From: Acidobacteriota bacterium
Lineage (GTDB): Bacteria; Acidobacteriota; UBA6911; RPQK01; JAJDTT01
Direction of reading: 5' to 3'
Assembly (NCBI GenBank): GCA_965263035.1
Contig: OZ253580.1
Location: 4,000,001-4,064,000 of the forward strand
Length of the DNA stretch: 64,000 nt
In this document: positions 38,293-47,942 of the stretch, piece by piece
Layout: each line of letters starts with the position of its first letter
Position numbering within the stretch: the first letter of the stretch is position 1
Notes under the pieces: model-generated
Seen by the model: only the letters and a program-made list of their open reading frames with translations
Databases searched by the model: none
What the model was told of the DNA's origin: nothing
Program-made: the position numbers and the translations under genes

Positions 38293-38411
38293 ACCTCCCA
38301 TTAGGGAAAACCAGTGGGTGACGATGCCACGGCAAGACCGGAACGGCGCTTGACACGGTGTCGGCTCCAAAGGTACCTTCCGATTCATATATCTACCCCG
38401 GTGGTGATCCC

Positions 38412-39887
38412 ATGAACTTACCTGAATGTCTCCAGTTTCCGGGACCCAATTCCATTTCCCGGCGGCAACTTCTGGCCCGGTCCGGACTCGGTTTCGGCAG
38501 CATCGCGCTGGCCAGCCTCCTGGATTCCGAAAACCTCCTGGGGACTCCGGCGTTCGACAAGTCCCGGCCCTACATGGACCTCAAGCCGCGGAAAGGCCAC
38601 TTTCCGGGTCCGGCCAAGGCGGTGATCCAGTTGGTCCAGAACGGCGGACCCAGCCAGATGGATCTGTTCGACCCCAAGCCCGAGCTCACCAAGAGAGCCG
38701 GCCAGCCCCATCCCGACGGCGTGGAGATCCATCAGCCCAACAACCTGAACATCCTCATGCCCTGCCCCTACGAGTTCAAGCAGCACGGCGAGTCGGGCAT
38801 GGAGATCGCGGAGGTCTTGCCCCACCTGAGCGGCATGGCGGACGAACTCTGCATGGTCCGGTCCATGTACTCGGTGCACAACAACCATCCCGAGGGGCTC
38901 AACAATCTCCTCACCTCCCAGATCTTTCCGGGCCGGCCGGTGATGGGCTCCTGGATCAGCTACGCCCTGGGCACCGAGAATCAGAACCTTCCCGCCTACG
39001 TGGTGCTGCGGGCTCCGGAGGGGTACAGCGTCAGCGGTAAGATCCTCTGGTCCAGCGGCTGGCTCCCGGCCCTCTACCAGGGGGTCGAGTTCAGTTCCGT
39101 CGGATCACCCGTGCATCATCTCCAGCAGGAGGTCCCCCTGCCTCCGGGCGTGCAACGGCAGAGCCTGGACCTGTTGGCTCGTCTCAACCAACGTCATCTC
39201 GTCGACCACCCGCAGACGTCGGAGTTGGAAGCACGAATCCAGAACTACGAACTGGCGGCGAGGATGCAGTTGGCTGCGGCCGACATCCTGGATCTTTCCC
39301 AGGAATCGGAAGCCACCCGGAAGATGTACGGCCTGGACAACCCCATGACGGCCCCGTATGCGACCCGCTGTCTCATGGCTCGGCGCCTGGTGGAGTCGGG
39401 AGTCCGGTTCGTGCAGGTCTTCTCCGGCAAGGGACAGCCCTGGGACAGCCACAGCAAGCTCAAGACCGGCCTGGCCAAGATCTGCGCCAACACGGACCAG
39501 CCGACGGCCGCCCTGATCAAGGACCTGAAGAGCCGGGGCCTGCTCGAGAGCACCATCATCATGTGGGCCGGCGAGTTCGGGCGGCTCCCCACCACCCAGA
39601 ACTCGGACGGGCGGGACCACAACCGCAACGCCTTCACCATCCTCTTCGCGGGAGGAGGCTTCAAGCCGGGGCTGACTTACGGCGCCACCGACGAGTTCGG
39701 TTACAAGGCGGTGGAGAACCGGGTCAGCTGCCCCGACATGCAGGCCACGTTGTATCGCCTGCTGGGGATCGACCATTCCCGGCTGACCTACCGCCACGGC
39801 GGCCGGGAGGAGACGCCCACCAACCTGGCCATCACCGGCGCCAAGGTGGTGAACGATCTTATCGAGCACCCCCTTCCCGGAGCCTGA
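38412..39887 (+). CDS. DUF1501 domain protein (Tat leader)
   Basis: SRRQLL, GGPSQMDLFDPKP, ARRLVESGVRFVQ, GEFGR.P, GRDH. Confidence 0.9.
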   Translation: MNLPECLQFPGPNSISRRQLLARSGLGFGSIALASLLDSENLLGTPAFDKSRPYMDLKPRKGHFPGPAKAVIQLVQNGGPSQMDLFDPKPELTKRAGQPHPDGVEIHQPNNLNILMPCPYEFKQHGESGMEIAEVLPHLSGMADELCMVRSMYSVHNNHPEGLNNLLTSQIFPGRPVMGSWISYALGTENQNLPAYVVLRAPEGYSVSGKILWSSGWLPALYQGVEFSSVGSPVHHLQQEVPLPPGVQRQSLDLLARLNQRHLVDHPQTSELEARIQNYELAARMQLAAADILDLSQESEATRKMYGLDNPMTAPYATRCLMARRLVESGVRFVQVFSGKGQPWDSHSKLKTGLAKICANTDQPTAALIKDLKSRGLLESTIIMWAGEFGRLPTTQNSDGRDHNRNAFTILFAGGGFKPGLTYGATDEFGYKAVENRVSCPDMQATLYRLLGIDHSRLTYRHGGREETPTNLAITGAKVVNDLIEHPLPGA

Positions 39888-39892
39888 CGTCC

Positions 39893-42814
39893 ATGAGATC
39901 CAGACCGGTCTTGCTGGGGGCGTTGCCGCTGCTCTTGTCCACCGTTCTGGCCGCCGCCCCGGGTCCCAGCTTCGAAAAGGACGTGCTTCCCATCTTCACG
40001 GCCCATTGCTTCGCCTGCCACGGGGGCACGTCCATGATCGGCTTGGATCTGCGCACGGTCCAGTCGATTTTCAAGGGATCTCACAACGGTCCGGTGTTGG
40101 TGGAGGGCGACCCCGCCGAGAGCCTGCTCTACCAGAAGGTCTCGGCGCGGCAGATGCCCCCCAAGGCGTTCAACCTGGACCTGTCCCAGGAGCAGATCGA
40201 CACCATAAAAAGCTGGATCGAGGCGGGTGCGCCTCACGAGAAGGTCCAGCCCCTGCTCTCGGCGGAACAGGTGGAGCGGTTCAACCACCAGGCGCTACCC
40301 GTCTTCGAAGCCAAGTGCCTCGCCTGCCACGGCCAGGAACCCCCTCCGGGAGGCCTGGATCTGAGGACGCTGCAGGGAACCCTGAAAGGGAGCGAGAACG
40401 GGCCCGTCGTGGTGGAGGGGGCTTCCGAGTTGAGCATCCTGATCCGCATGGTCTCCAAGGGGAGCATGCCGCCGCCGGGAGTCGGGTCACCCCTCACCGA
40501 CCAGGAAATCGACAGCCTTCGGGCCTGGATCGATTCCTCCCGCTTCGGACCCGATCTCATCAGTGAGGAGCGGGAGACCTTCAGCCTTGCAGAAGCGCCG
40601 CCCATCACCGAGGAGGATCGGAGTTTCTGGGCTTTCCGCCAACCGGTGGCCGCTCCGGTGCCTCGGGTCCGGGACCAGGGGCGGGTGCGGACTCCCATCG
40701 ACGCCTTCGTCCTGGCCCGGCTGGAAGCCAAGGGGCTGGGCCTCTCCCCCGAGGAGTCGCGGCCGACACTGATGCGCCGCGCCTACTTCGATCTCACGGG
40801 TCTGCCTCCTACCCCGGAGGAGATGGAGAAGTTTCTGTCGGACCCCCGGCCGGACGCCTACGAGCGGCTGGTGAACCGGTTGCTGGAGTCTCCCCACTAT
40901 GGAGAGCGCTGGGGCCGCCACTGGCTGGACTTGATGGGCTACACCGACATCACCGGATTCGACAACGATCTTCCCATCACAAGCATCTTCGAGGGGATGT
41001 GGCGATACCGGGACTGGGTGGTCGAGGCCCTCAATCGAGACCAGCCCTTCGATCGTTTCCTGACCGAGCAGCTGGCGGGCGACGAGCTGGTCGACTGGCG
41101 TTCGGCCCAGGAGTACACGCCGGACGCGGTTCGGCTGCTGACCGCCACGGGTTTCATGCGCAGCAGCATGGACCGGACCGACTCGGATATCGTCAACCTG
41201 CCCGGAGAGAGATATTCCGTCCTGTTCGATCTGGTGGAGCGAGTCTCCACCGGAGTGCTGGGTCTCACCGTCGGCTGCGCCCGCTGCCACTCCCACAAGT
41301 TCGATCCCATTCCCCAGCGCGACTACTACCGGCTGATGGCCGTCTTCACCCCCGCCTACAATCCCATGCGCTGGAAGCAGCCCAAGGACCGCTTCCTGCC
41401 CGACGTCTCCCGTGCCGACCAGGAAGCCATCGAGCGCCACAACGCCGAGATCGACGCGCCCCAGGAGAAGCTGAAGGAAAAACTGGCCGCACTGCGCCGG
41501 CCTTATGAGGAGATGCTGCTGGACCGGAAGCTCGAGCAGGTCTCTGACGAGATCCGCTCCGACGTGAAGAAGGCGTGGCAGACGCCCGAGGAGGAGCGCG
41601 GCGAGATTCAGAAGTACCTGGCGGAGAAGTTCGCGACTCTGCTGGAGGTGAAGCCCGAGGAGGTGGACAAGGCCCTGACCGGGGAGCACAAAGCGGAAGG
41701 GGCAGGTTTCCAGAAAAAGATCGATACCCTCGAGGGATACCGCCGCAGCTTCAACAAGATCCAGGCCCTGGTCGACGTGGGGTCTCCCCCCGTGACCCGT
41801 TTGCTGCAGCGGGGAGACATCGAGTCTCCGGGACCCCGGGTCACGCCGGGCGGCCTGGCGGTCCTGAGCCCGCCCGGTCAGGACTCGATCCGGAAACCCG
41901 AGGAGACCCAGGGGGCAACGAGCGGTTATCGCTTGGGTTTGGCCAAGTGGTTGGCCAGCCGCGACCATCCGTTGACGGCCCGGGTCATGGTCAATCGGGT
42001 TTGGTACTACCTGTTGGGACGGGGGATCGTCGCCACTCCCGGAAACTTCGGCCGGAACGGATCCCCGCCCACTCATCCCCAGCTGCTGGACTGGCTGGCG
42101 GTGGATTTCATGGAGAACGGCTGGTCTCTGAAGCGGTTGATGCGAATGATCGTGACCTCCAACGTCTATCGGCAGGCCTTGCGCCAGCCGGACGGAGCGC
42201 CCGGAGAGACGGTGGATCCGGAGAACCTCCTCCTTTGGCGCATGAACCTGAAGCGTCTGGAGGCGGAGACGATCCGCGACGCCATCCTGGCGGCCAGCGG
42301 AAGATTGGACCGGACTCTGGGTGGGACGCCGGCGTTGCTTCAGTTCGACGCTTCGGGCCTGCAGACCGTTGTGGGCGAGGAACCGCACGCCCGGAACCCA
42401 TTTCGCCGCAGCCTCTACATCCTGGCGCGGAGAAATTACCCGCTCAACTTCCTGGAGGCCTTCGACTACCCCAAGATCACGGTCAACTGCACACACAGGG
42501 TCAACTCGGTGACGCCCATCCAGTCGCTGACCCTCATGAACGATCCGTTTCTGGTGGAGGAGTCCGGCCACCTGGCCGAGAGGGTCCGGGATCTGGCCGG
42601 CGAGAGTCCCGAAGAGAGAGTCCGGATGGCGTACCTTCTGACCCTGTCCCGGCAACCCAGACCGGAGGAGATTCAGATCGGTCAGGATCATCTCTGGAAG
42701 CAGGAGCGCAACTATCGTTTCTCCAACACCTCCCCGGAGAAGGCATCCGAAGCGGCGTTGTCCAACCTCTGCCAGACCCTTTTTGCCACCAACGAGTTTC
42801 TGTATCTGGAATAA
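39893..42814 (+). CDS. PSD1/DUF1549/DUF1553 protein with planctomycete cytochrome c domains
   Basis: CFACH, CLACH, CARCH; YGERWGRHWLD, HPLTARVMVNRVW, HPQLLDWLA, NEFLY. Confidence 0.9.
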   Translation: MRSRPVLLGALPLLLSTVLAAAPGPSFEKDVLPIFTAHCFACHGGTSMIGLDLRTVQSIFKGSHNGPVLVEGDPAESLLYQKVSARQMPPKAFNLDLSQEQIDTIKSWIEAGAPHEKVQPLLSAEQVERFNHQALPVFEAKCLACHGQEPPPGGLDLRTLQGTLKGSENGPVVVEGASELSILIRMVSKGSMPPPGVGSPLTDQEIDSLRAWIDSSRFGPDLISEERETFSLAEAPPITEEDRSFWAFRQPVAAPVPRVRDQGRVRTPIDAFVLARLEAKGLGLSPEESRPTLMRRAYFDLTGLPPTPEEMEKFLSDPRPDAYERLVNRLLESPHYGERWGRHWLDLMGYTDITGFDNDLPITSIFEGMWRYRDWVVEALNRDQPFDRFLTEQLAGDELVDWRSAQEYTPDAVRLLTATGFMRSSMDRTDSDIVNLPGERYSVLFDLVERVSTGVLGLTVGCARCHSHKFDPIPQRDYYRLMAVFTPAYNPMRWKQPKDRFLPDVSRADQEAIERHNAEIDAPQEKLKEKLAALRRPYEEMLLDRKLEQVSDEIRSDVKKAWQTPEEERGEIQKYLAEKFATLLEVKPEEVDKALTGEHKAEGAGFQKKIDTLEGYRRSFNKIQALVDVGSPPVTRLLQRGDIESPGPRVTPGGLAVLSPPGQDSIRKPEETQGATSGYRLGLAKWLASRDHPLTARVMVNRVWYYLLGRGIVATPGNFGRNGSPPTHPQLLDWLAVDFMENGWSLKRLMRMIVTSNVYRQALRQPDGAPGETVDPENLLLWRMNLKRLEAETIRDAILAASGRLDRTLGGTPALLQFDASGLQTVVGEEPHARNPFRRSLYILARRNYPLNFLEAFDYPKITVNCTHRVNSVTPIQSLTLMNDPFLVEESGHLAERVRDLAGESPEERVRMAYLLTLSRQPRPEEIQIGQDHLWKQERNYRFSNTSPEKASEAALSNLCQTLFATNEFLYLE

Positions 42815-42895
42815 CGGGTGACCGTGCTGCCCGGCTGACCTCCACCGCCCCCTTACGAGCAGATCGGAGAATCGCCCCGGCCGAGTCGACAAGTC

Positions 42896-44179
42896 ATGTC
42901 CCTGGAACTGCGAAACCGGATCTTTCAGCAACTGGATTCGATGTGGCTCATCGACCCGCACACCCACATCGACCCGCACCGGCCCGCTGCCGAGACGCTG
43001 GCCGACATCCTGGGGTATCACTACTACACGGAGCTGGCCCATTCCGCCGGCATGCCCAGAGAGCAGATCGAGGACCCCGATATCGGACCCAGAGAAAAGG
43101 CGGCGCGGCTGATCGCCCATCTGGGGCCGGTGGAGAACACGGTGCAGTACAGTTGGCTGGTGGAGATGGCCCAGGCGCTGTTCGGCTTCGACGGGGACCG
43201 GATCACGCCGGACAACTGGGAGGCGGTCTACGAGTCGTCTGAGAGCCTCATGTCCTCGGAGACCTGGGAACAGGACGTGCTCCGGAGGAGCCGGCTCCGG
43301 CGGGTGTTTCTGACCAGCGACTTCGACGACCCCTTGGAGGGGTTCGACACGCAGCTCTACGTCCCCTGCCTCAGGACCGACGATCTGGTTTTCGGCCTTG
43401 CCGATCCGGCGGTGCGCCGGCGCCTGGAAGGAGCGGCTGGGGTCTCCCTCCACAACCCCACGGACTTGTGCAGCGCCATGGGCGCCCTGTTCGAACACTT
43501 CACCTCCCGCAACGCCCGGGCCGTAGCCATCTCGCTGCCGCCCGGCTTCACGCCGGAGAGGATCTCGGCAGGAGAGGCGGCCAGGGCGCTGGAAGGCATT
43601 CTGAGGGGGCGGGACGGCGGCGACGGCGACTCGCGGCGGGTGTGGTCCTTATTCGTCTTCTGGACCATCGCCGAATTCTGCTCCGAGTTCGGTCTGCCTT
43701 TCGACCTGATGATCGGAGTCAACCGGGGCGTCTACGAAGCGGGAGTCTTCCAGGGCCAGGACCTGTACGACAGCCGTGTCTCCCTGATCCAGTACCGCGA
43801 ATTGTTCAATGCCTTTCCCCGGGTGACCTTCCCCATCTCGGTGCTGGCCAGCGTCACCAATCAGGAGCTGACCAGCTACGCCTGGATCTTTCCCAACGTC
43901 GTGACCCACGGGCACTGGTGGTACTCCAACGCCCCGGCCTTTCTGGAAGGGGATCTGGCGGCCCGGCTCGAGACCGTGCCCGCCACCAAGCAGATCGGTT
44001 ACTACAGCGACATGTACAAGTTGGAGTTCGCGCTGCCCAAGTTCGCCATGTACAAGAGGACGCTGGCCAAGGTGCTGGCCGAGCGGTTCGTCATCGATCG
44101 GGGATGGTCCGAGCTCAGGGCCGTAAGGTTGGGACGGCAGGTGCTGCGGAGCAACGTCGACGCCATCTTCGGCTTCTGA
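42896..44179 (+). CDS. Amidohydrolase-fold protein, glucuronate isomerase (UxaC)-like
   Basis: IDPHTHI, YHYYTEL, GHWWY, YSD.YKLE. Confidence 0.7.
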   Translation: MSLELRNRIFQQLDSMWLIDPHTHIDPHRPAAETLADILGYHYYTELAHSAGMPREQIEDPDIGPREKAARLIAHLGPVENTVQYSWLVEMAQALFGFDGDRITPDNWEAVYESSESLMSSETWEQDVLRRSRLRRVFLTSDFDDPLEGFDTQLYVPCLRTDDLVFGLADPAVRRRLEGAAGVSLHNPTDLCSAMGALFEHFTSRNARAVAISLPPGFTPERISAGEAARALEGILRGRDGGDGDSRRVWSLFVFWTIAEFCSEFGLPFDLMIGVNRGVYEAGVFQGQDLYDSRVSLIQYRELFNAFPRVTFPISVLASVTNQELTSYAWIFPNVVTHGHWWYSNAPAFLEGDLAARLETVPATKQIGYYSDMYKLEFALPKFAMYKRTLAKVLAERFVIDRGWSELRAVRLGRQVLRSNVDAIFGF

Positions 44180-44240
44180 GAAAAAGCAGGAGCGACCTGG
44201 GAGGGGCGACCTTCCTGTCCCCCTGCTAGAACGCAGACTC

Positions 44241-45290
44241 CTAGTAGCCCACAGCGTCCACCGGTTCAGGTTGAGGGAGGTCCACCTTGGCCAGGTAGAT
44301 GCTGGTCTTCTCCTCGTGCGAGGAGTAGTAGCTGAGCCAGAGCAGTCCCTCGTGCCACACCATCCCGGGGTAGCTGGTGTCCCCTCCGGAGGGTAGGCGG
44401 ATCAGTTCGGAGACGGTCCCGGCCTCAGGGTCCAGAGACCAGAGGAGGGTTCTTCTCTCCCCGTCGGGAAGGTAGAGCCGCCCGGAAGCCACCATTCTCC
44501 CGTCCGGGAGGGAGATCAGGTTGGGGCCGCCGATGCGCACACCCAACTCCTTCCAGTTCCACAGCGTGTAGGGCGGCTCCGAGACGCCCACCTGGGCCGA
44601 GTTGTCGGTCTTTCCGTCCCGCCGCAGGAGGCAGACCGCCGTTCCGTCCTCACGGAAGACGATGGCCGACTCGTTGGGATAGCCGCGGCTGAAGAAGACG
44701 TTCACGTGGGTTTCGAACTGGACCCCGTCTGCGCTCTTGTAGAGCCGGGCGAACTCCTCCTGACTGTTGCGATGGCTGGACGATCTTCTTGTCGCGTAGC
44801 CGACCCCGTAGCCCGTTCCCTCATGCCAGGTTACCCTCCAGAGCCAGAAATCTTGTTCGCCCACCGGCTCCCGGGGAGTCCACTCCTTTCCGTCCTTGGA
44901 AAAGGAAACCCACGGATTGAATTCGATGAGATCGTCGCCCAACGATCTCGTCTCCGCGCCCAGAAGCATGAGCCGTCCGTCGGGAGTGACCACGATCTTG
45001 GGATCTCTCAGGTCGTTTCCCGGTTCGGGCTGCATATGGACGGCGGAAGACCAGTCCTCTCCATCGGCGGAAGTGATCACGCGGATGGAACCGTCAGAGG
45101 AGACGTGGCCGTCTCCCTCCCGGAAGGTGCAGTACCACCGGTCCTGGAAACGGACCAGGTCGGTGAAGGCGCTGTGGGGAGCCTGGTCCCAGATCTTCTG
45201 GACCGAGACCAGCTTGGCGCCGGACGGTCCGCAACCCGCCGCAGTGGCCAGCACCAGCAGCAATCGACAGCAACGGCTCCAACCTGACAT
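44241..45290 (-). CDS. Exo-alpha-sialidase-like lipoprotein
   Basis: AAGC lipobox, AFTDL, SADGEDW, LRDPK, SGGDTSYPG, YYSSHE. Confidence 0.75.
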   Translation of the reverse strand: MSGWSRCCRLLLVLATAAGCGPSGAKLVSVQKIWDQAPHSAFTDLVRFQDRWYCTFREGDGHVSSDGSIRVITSADGEDWSSAVHMQPEPGNDLRDPKIVVTPDGRLMLLGAETRSLGDDLIEFNPWVSFSKDGKEWTPREPVGEQDFWLWRVTWHEGTGYGVGYATRRSSSHRNSQEEFARLYKSADGVQFETHVNVFFSRGYPNESAIVFREDGTAVCLLRRDGKTDNSAQVGVSEPPYTLWNWKELGVRIGGPNLISLPDGRMVASGRLYLPDGERRTLLWSLDPEAGTVSELIRLPSGGDTSYPGMVWHEGLLWLSYYSSHEEKTSIYLAKVDLPQPEPVDAVGY

Positions 45291-45357
45291 GTCGTCTCCC
45301 GTATCTCGATCCGAATTGATCCAAGATCTCGCGGCCGTAGTCGCCCGACAAGAATAA

Positions 45358-45432
45358 TGGAGCCGGCGAAGGGAATTGAACCCCCAACCTACGCATTACG
45401 AATGCGCCGCTCTACCGTTGAGCTACGCCGGC
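45358..45432 (-). tRNA. tRNA-Thr(CGT)
   Basis: GCCGGCGTAGCTCAACGGTAGAGCGGCGCATT-CGT-AATGCGTAGGTTGGGGGTTCAATTCCCTTCGCCGGCTCCA cloverleaf with CCA. Confidence 0.95.
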
Positions 45433-45541
45433 TCCCAATGGAGGAAAGGACACATTATAGGAACAAGTCCCCAGAACTGCCAACGAGCGTGAGCCGATTT
45501 CCGGTCGGAAATCGCATTCCTCCGTGAAAGGAGGTATCGCG

Positions 45542-46054
45542 ATGTTGAGTTTGAGGATGGAATCTTATCGGACCCAAGGAGTTGTATTGGCACTGGTGGG
45601 ACTGATCTCCCTACCGTTGCGTGCGGGAGTGATTTCCGGACGTTGGGAGAAGGTTTCCCAACTGGAGGCCGGAGCGCCCCTCACTCTGGAAATGAAGAAC
45701 GGGGATCGAATCAAGGGGCATTTCATGGGGCTATCCGAGTCAATCTTCGAACTCCTGATCCACCCCTCTCGAGCCGCGATTCCGAGAGATGACATCCAGA
45801 GGATTACGCATCATCCGAGGGATGGCGTGGGCGACGGAGCCGGGCGTGGAGCGTTGGTCGGTGCAGGGATTGGAGGAGGGTTTGGAGCCTTACTCGGGAC
45901 TAATGACGGTGGTGGCGCAGAGGGCATGATGGCTATAGGGGCTATTGGCGCTGGGATTGGTGTCTTGATCGGGGTCGGACTCGGTTTGGTCGCCGATGCC
46001 GCCACTAAGAGCCCAACCGCGGTCGTCTACGAAGCCCCGCGAATCTCCCGATAA
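45542..46054 (+). CDS. Exported LSm-like/glycine-zipper protein, array copy 1
   Basis: Signal peptide, VISGRWEKV...LEMKNGDRIKG...IPRDDIQRI, Gly-rich hydrophobic hairpin, VVYEAP. Confidence 0.8.
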   Translation: MLSLRMESYRTQGVVLALVGLISLPLRAGVISGRWEKVSQLEAGAPLTLEMKNGDRIKGHFMGLSESIFELLIHPSRAAIPRDDIQRITHHPRDGVGDGAGRGALVGAGIGGGFGALLGTNDGGGAEGMMAIGAIGAGIGVLIGVGLGLVADAATKSPTAVVYEAPRISR

Positions 46055-46280
46055 ATGGCCTTCCGTCAAGTTTTCTTCCGTGGCTGTCCTGGCCAGCAGT
46101 GAACCCTGATCGATTCAATCGAAACTCTGTTCGTTTGTGGCCGCTGTGACCGCGTCGATGCCTGAGCGGCGGGTCGACGTCTGTTCATCGTGGCTGGGAA
46201 CAAATTCCCCGGAATTGCCACCGGGGGTGAGCCAATTTCAGAAGAAAAATCGCATTCCTCGGTGAAAAGGAGGTGTCGCG

Positions 46281-46763
46281 ATGATGAAGTCGTACCGAAA
46301 ACAAGTCGTCTCATTGATCCTTGTGTGCCTGATCTCACTGCCGTTGCAGGCGCAGGTGATTCCAGGACGCTGGGAGAAGGTCTCGGCCCTGCAGGTGGCG
46401 TCACCCATCACGGTGGAACTGAAGGATGGGGATCGAATCAAGGGTCACTACGAAGACCTTTCCGCCACCGACGTCATGCTGGTGACCCACTTCTCCCGGG
46501 CGGTGATTCCCAAAGAGGACATCGAGACGATCACGATTCAACCGGAGGACGGCCTGGCCAACGGAACGCTGATCGGAGGCGCGGTTGGAGCAGGGATCAT
46601 GGGTATATGGACCACCGCTGCGTATGCCAAGTCGTATTCGAGTGTGAATCCGCTGGGTGTATTGATGGTGGCCGGCATTGGATTCGGAATCGGGGCCGGG
46701 CTTGGCGCCGCGGGCGATGCCATGAACAATCCCGTGCCCATCGTCCTCTACGAAGCTCCCTGA
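46281..46763 (+). CDS. Exported LSm-like/glycine-zipper protein, array copy 2
   Basis: VIPGRWEKV..ITVELKDGDRIKG..VIPKEDIETITI, Gly hairpin, IVLYEAP. Confidence 0.85.
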   Translation: MMKSYRKQVVSLILVCLISLPLQAQVIPGRWEKVSALQVASPITVELKDGDRIKGHYEDLSATDVMLVTHFSRAVIPKEDIETITIQPEDGLANGTLIGGAVGAGIMGIWTTAAYAKSYSSVNPLGVLMVAGIGFGIGAGLGAAGDAMNNPVPIVLYEAP

Positions 46764-46862
46764 CAACCTGGACTACGTCTTGGTGCGGCATCGGACCGCC
46801 TGCGTCGTTGAGCTAATTCCCGCCAAAAAATCACATCTCCCTGTGAAGAAGGAGGTGTTGTG

Positions 46863-47348
46863 ATGATGAATTCAAGGATGAAGTCGTGCCGGATCCAAGC
46901 GATCTCTTTGGCCCTGGCGGCATTGATCTCACTTCCATTGCGAGCGGACGTCATTCCGGGACGATGGGAAAAGGTCTTGGCCCTGCCGGTGTCATCTCCC
47001 ATTACCGTGGAACTGAAGGACGGGGATCGAATCAAGGGTCACTACGAAGGCCTTTCCGCGACCGACATTATGGTTGTGAGTCACTTCTCCCGCGCGGTGA
47101 TTCCGAAGGAAGACATCGAGACCATTACGATTCAACCGGAAGACGGTGTGGGGGACGGAGCCGGGATCGGATTCGGCGTTGGGACCGCAATTGTCTTGGG
47201 AGCAATGGCCAAGCACGGAGGTGGAGAGGGTGCAATTGCGGCGCTCTTGTTGTTCGCCGGCGTCGGGACAGGAGTCGGGGCCGGGCTCGGAGCAGCGGCA
47301 GATGCCGCGACGAGGCCCGTGGAGATCGTGCTCTACGAAGCTCCCTGA
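46863..47348 (+). CDS. Exported LSm-like/glycine-zipper protein, array copy 3
   Basis: Core nearly identical to copy 2 with a different hairpin; IVLYEAP. Confidence 0.85.
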   Translation: MMNSRMKSCRIQAISLALAALISLPLRADVIPGRWEKVLALPVSSPITVELKDGDRIKGHYEGLSATDIMVVSHFSRAVIPKEDIETITIQPEDGVGDGAGIGFGVGTAIVLGAMAKHGGGEGAIAALLLFAGVGTGVGAGLGAAADAATRPVEIVLYEAP

Positions 47349-47400
47349 CCACCGTCAACACGACGCGCGCGGCCTCTGCCGGGCCATAGGAGGTATTTCG

Positions 47401-47901
47401 ATGACACTCCCAATGATGAACTCCTTCCGGATCCTTGAAATCTCCGCTGCGCTGGCAGCAATGCTGTCACTATCGGCTAGTGCGGAGGTGATTCCAGGAC
47501 GTTGGGAGAAGGTCTCCAGTCTGGCCGTGGCGTGGCCAATCACCGTTGAATTGAAGAACGGCGATCGAATCAAAGGAAACATCAGCGACCTGTCCGATTC
47601 GAACCTCACACTGGCGACCCACGCTGCCCGGGCGGTCATTCCGAAAGCGGACATTCAAACCATCACCACTCGCCCTAGGGACGGAATGGCCAATGGTGCC
47701 AAGAATGGAGCTGCAGTCGGAGCTGGGTTCGTCTGCGCACTTGCTGCCGCGTTTGTGATTGCAGAACGGCGTGCGAAACCCATTTGGGTGTTGTCCCTTA
47801 CGCCCATCGGGGCGGCAGTGGGAGCCGGGATCGGTGTGGCTGTCGACGCCGCCATGAACGTGCGGCCCATCGTTCTATACGAAGCGCCCGAGAGTCGCTG
47901 A
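47401..47901 (+). CDS. Exported LSm-like/glycine-zipper protein, array copy 4
   Basis: AGGAGG RBS; VIPGRWEKV..ITVELKNGDRIKG..VIPKADIQTI; IVLYEAP. Confidence 0.85.
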   Translation: MTLPMMNSFRILEISAALAAMLSLSASAEVIPGRWEKVSSLAVAWPITVELKNGDRIKGNISDLSDSNLTLATHAARAVIPKADIQTITTRPRDGMANGAKNGAAVGAGFVCALAAAFVIAERRAKPIWVLSLTPIGAAVGAGIGVAVDAAMNVRPIVLYEAPESR

Positions 47902-47942
47902 GGCAGTTCCGGAAAGAGTTTCCCGTTCTTTATTCCGGTAGT

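Noticed and set aside
40487-43498. 1003-aa minus-strand ORF and similar long ORFs (6629-8095, 20353-21750, 25259-27229, 35380-37032, 49715-51250, 60929-62599)
   Set aside because: Antisense shadows of well-supported genes, caused by GC3 bias; no recognisable motifs.
45358-47901. tRNA-Thr-integrated genomic island carrying the paralog array
   Set aside because: The array lies on the 5' side of the tRNA and is divergent from it; I found no duplicated tRNA 3' end and no integrase.
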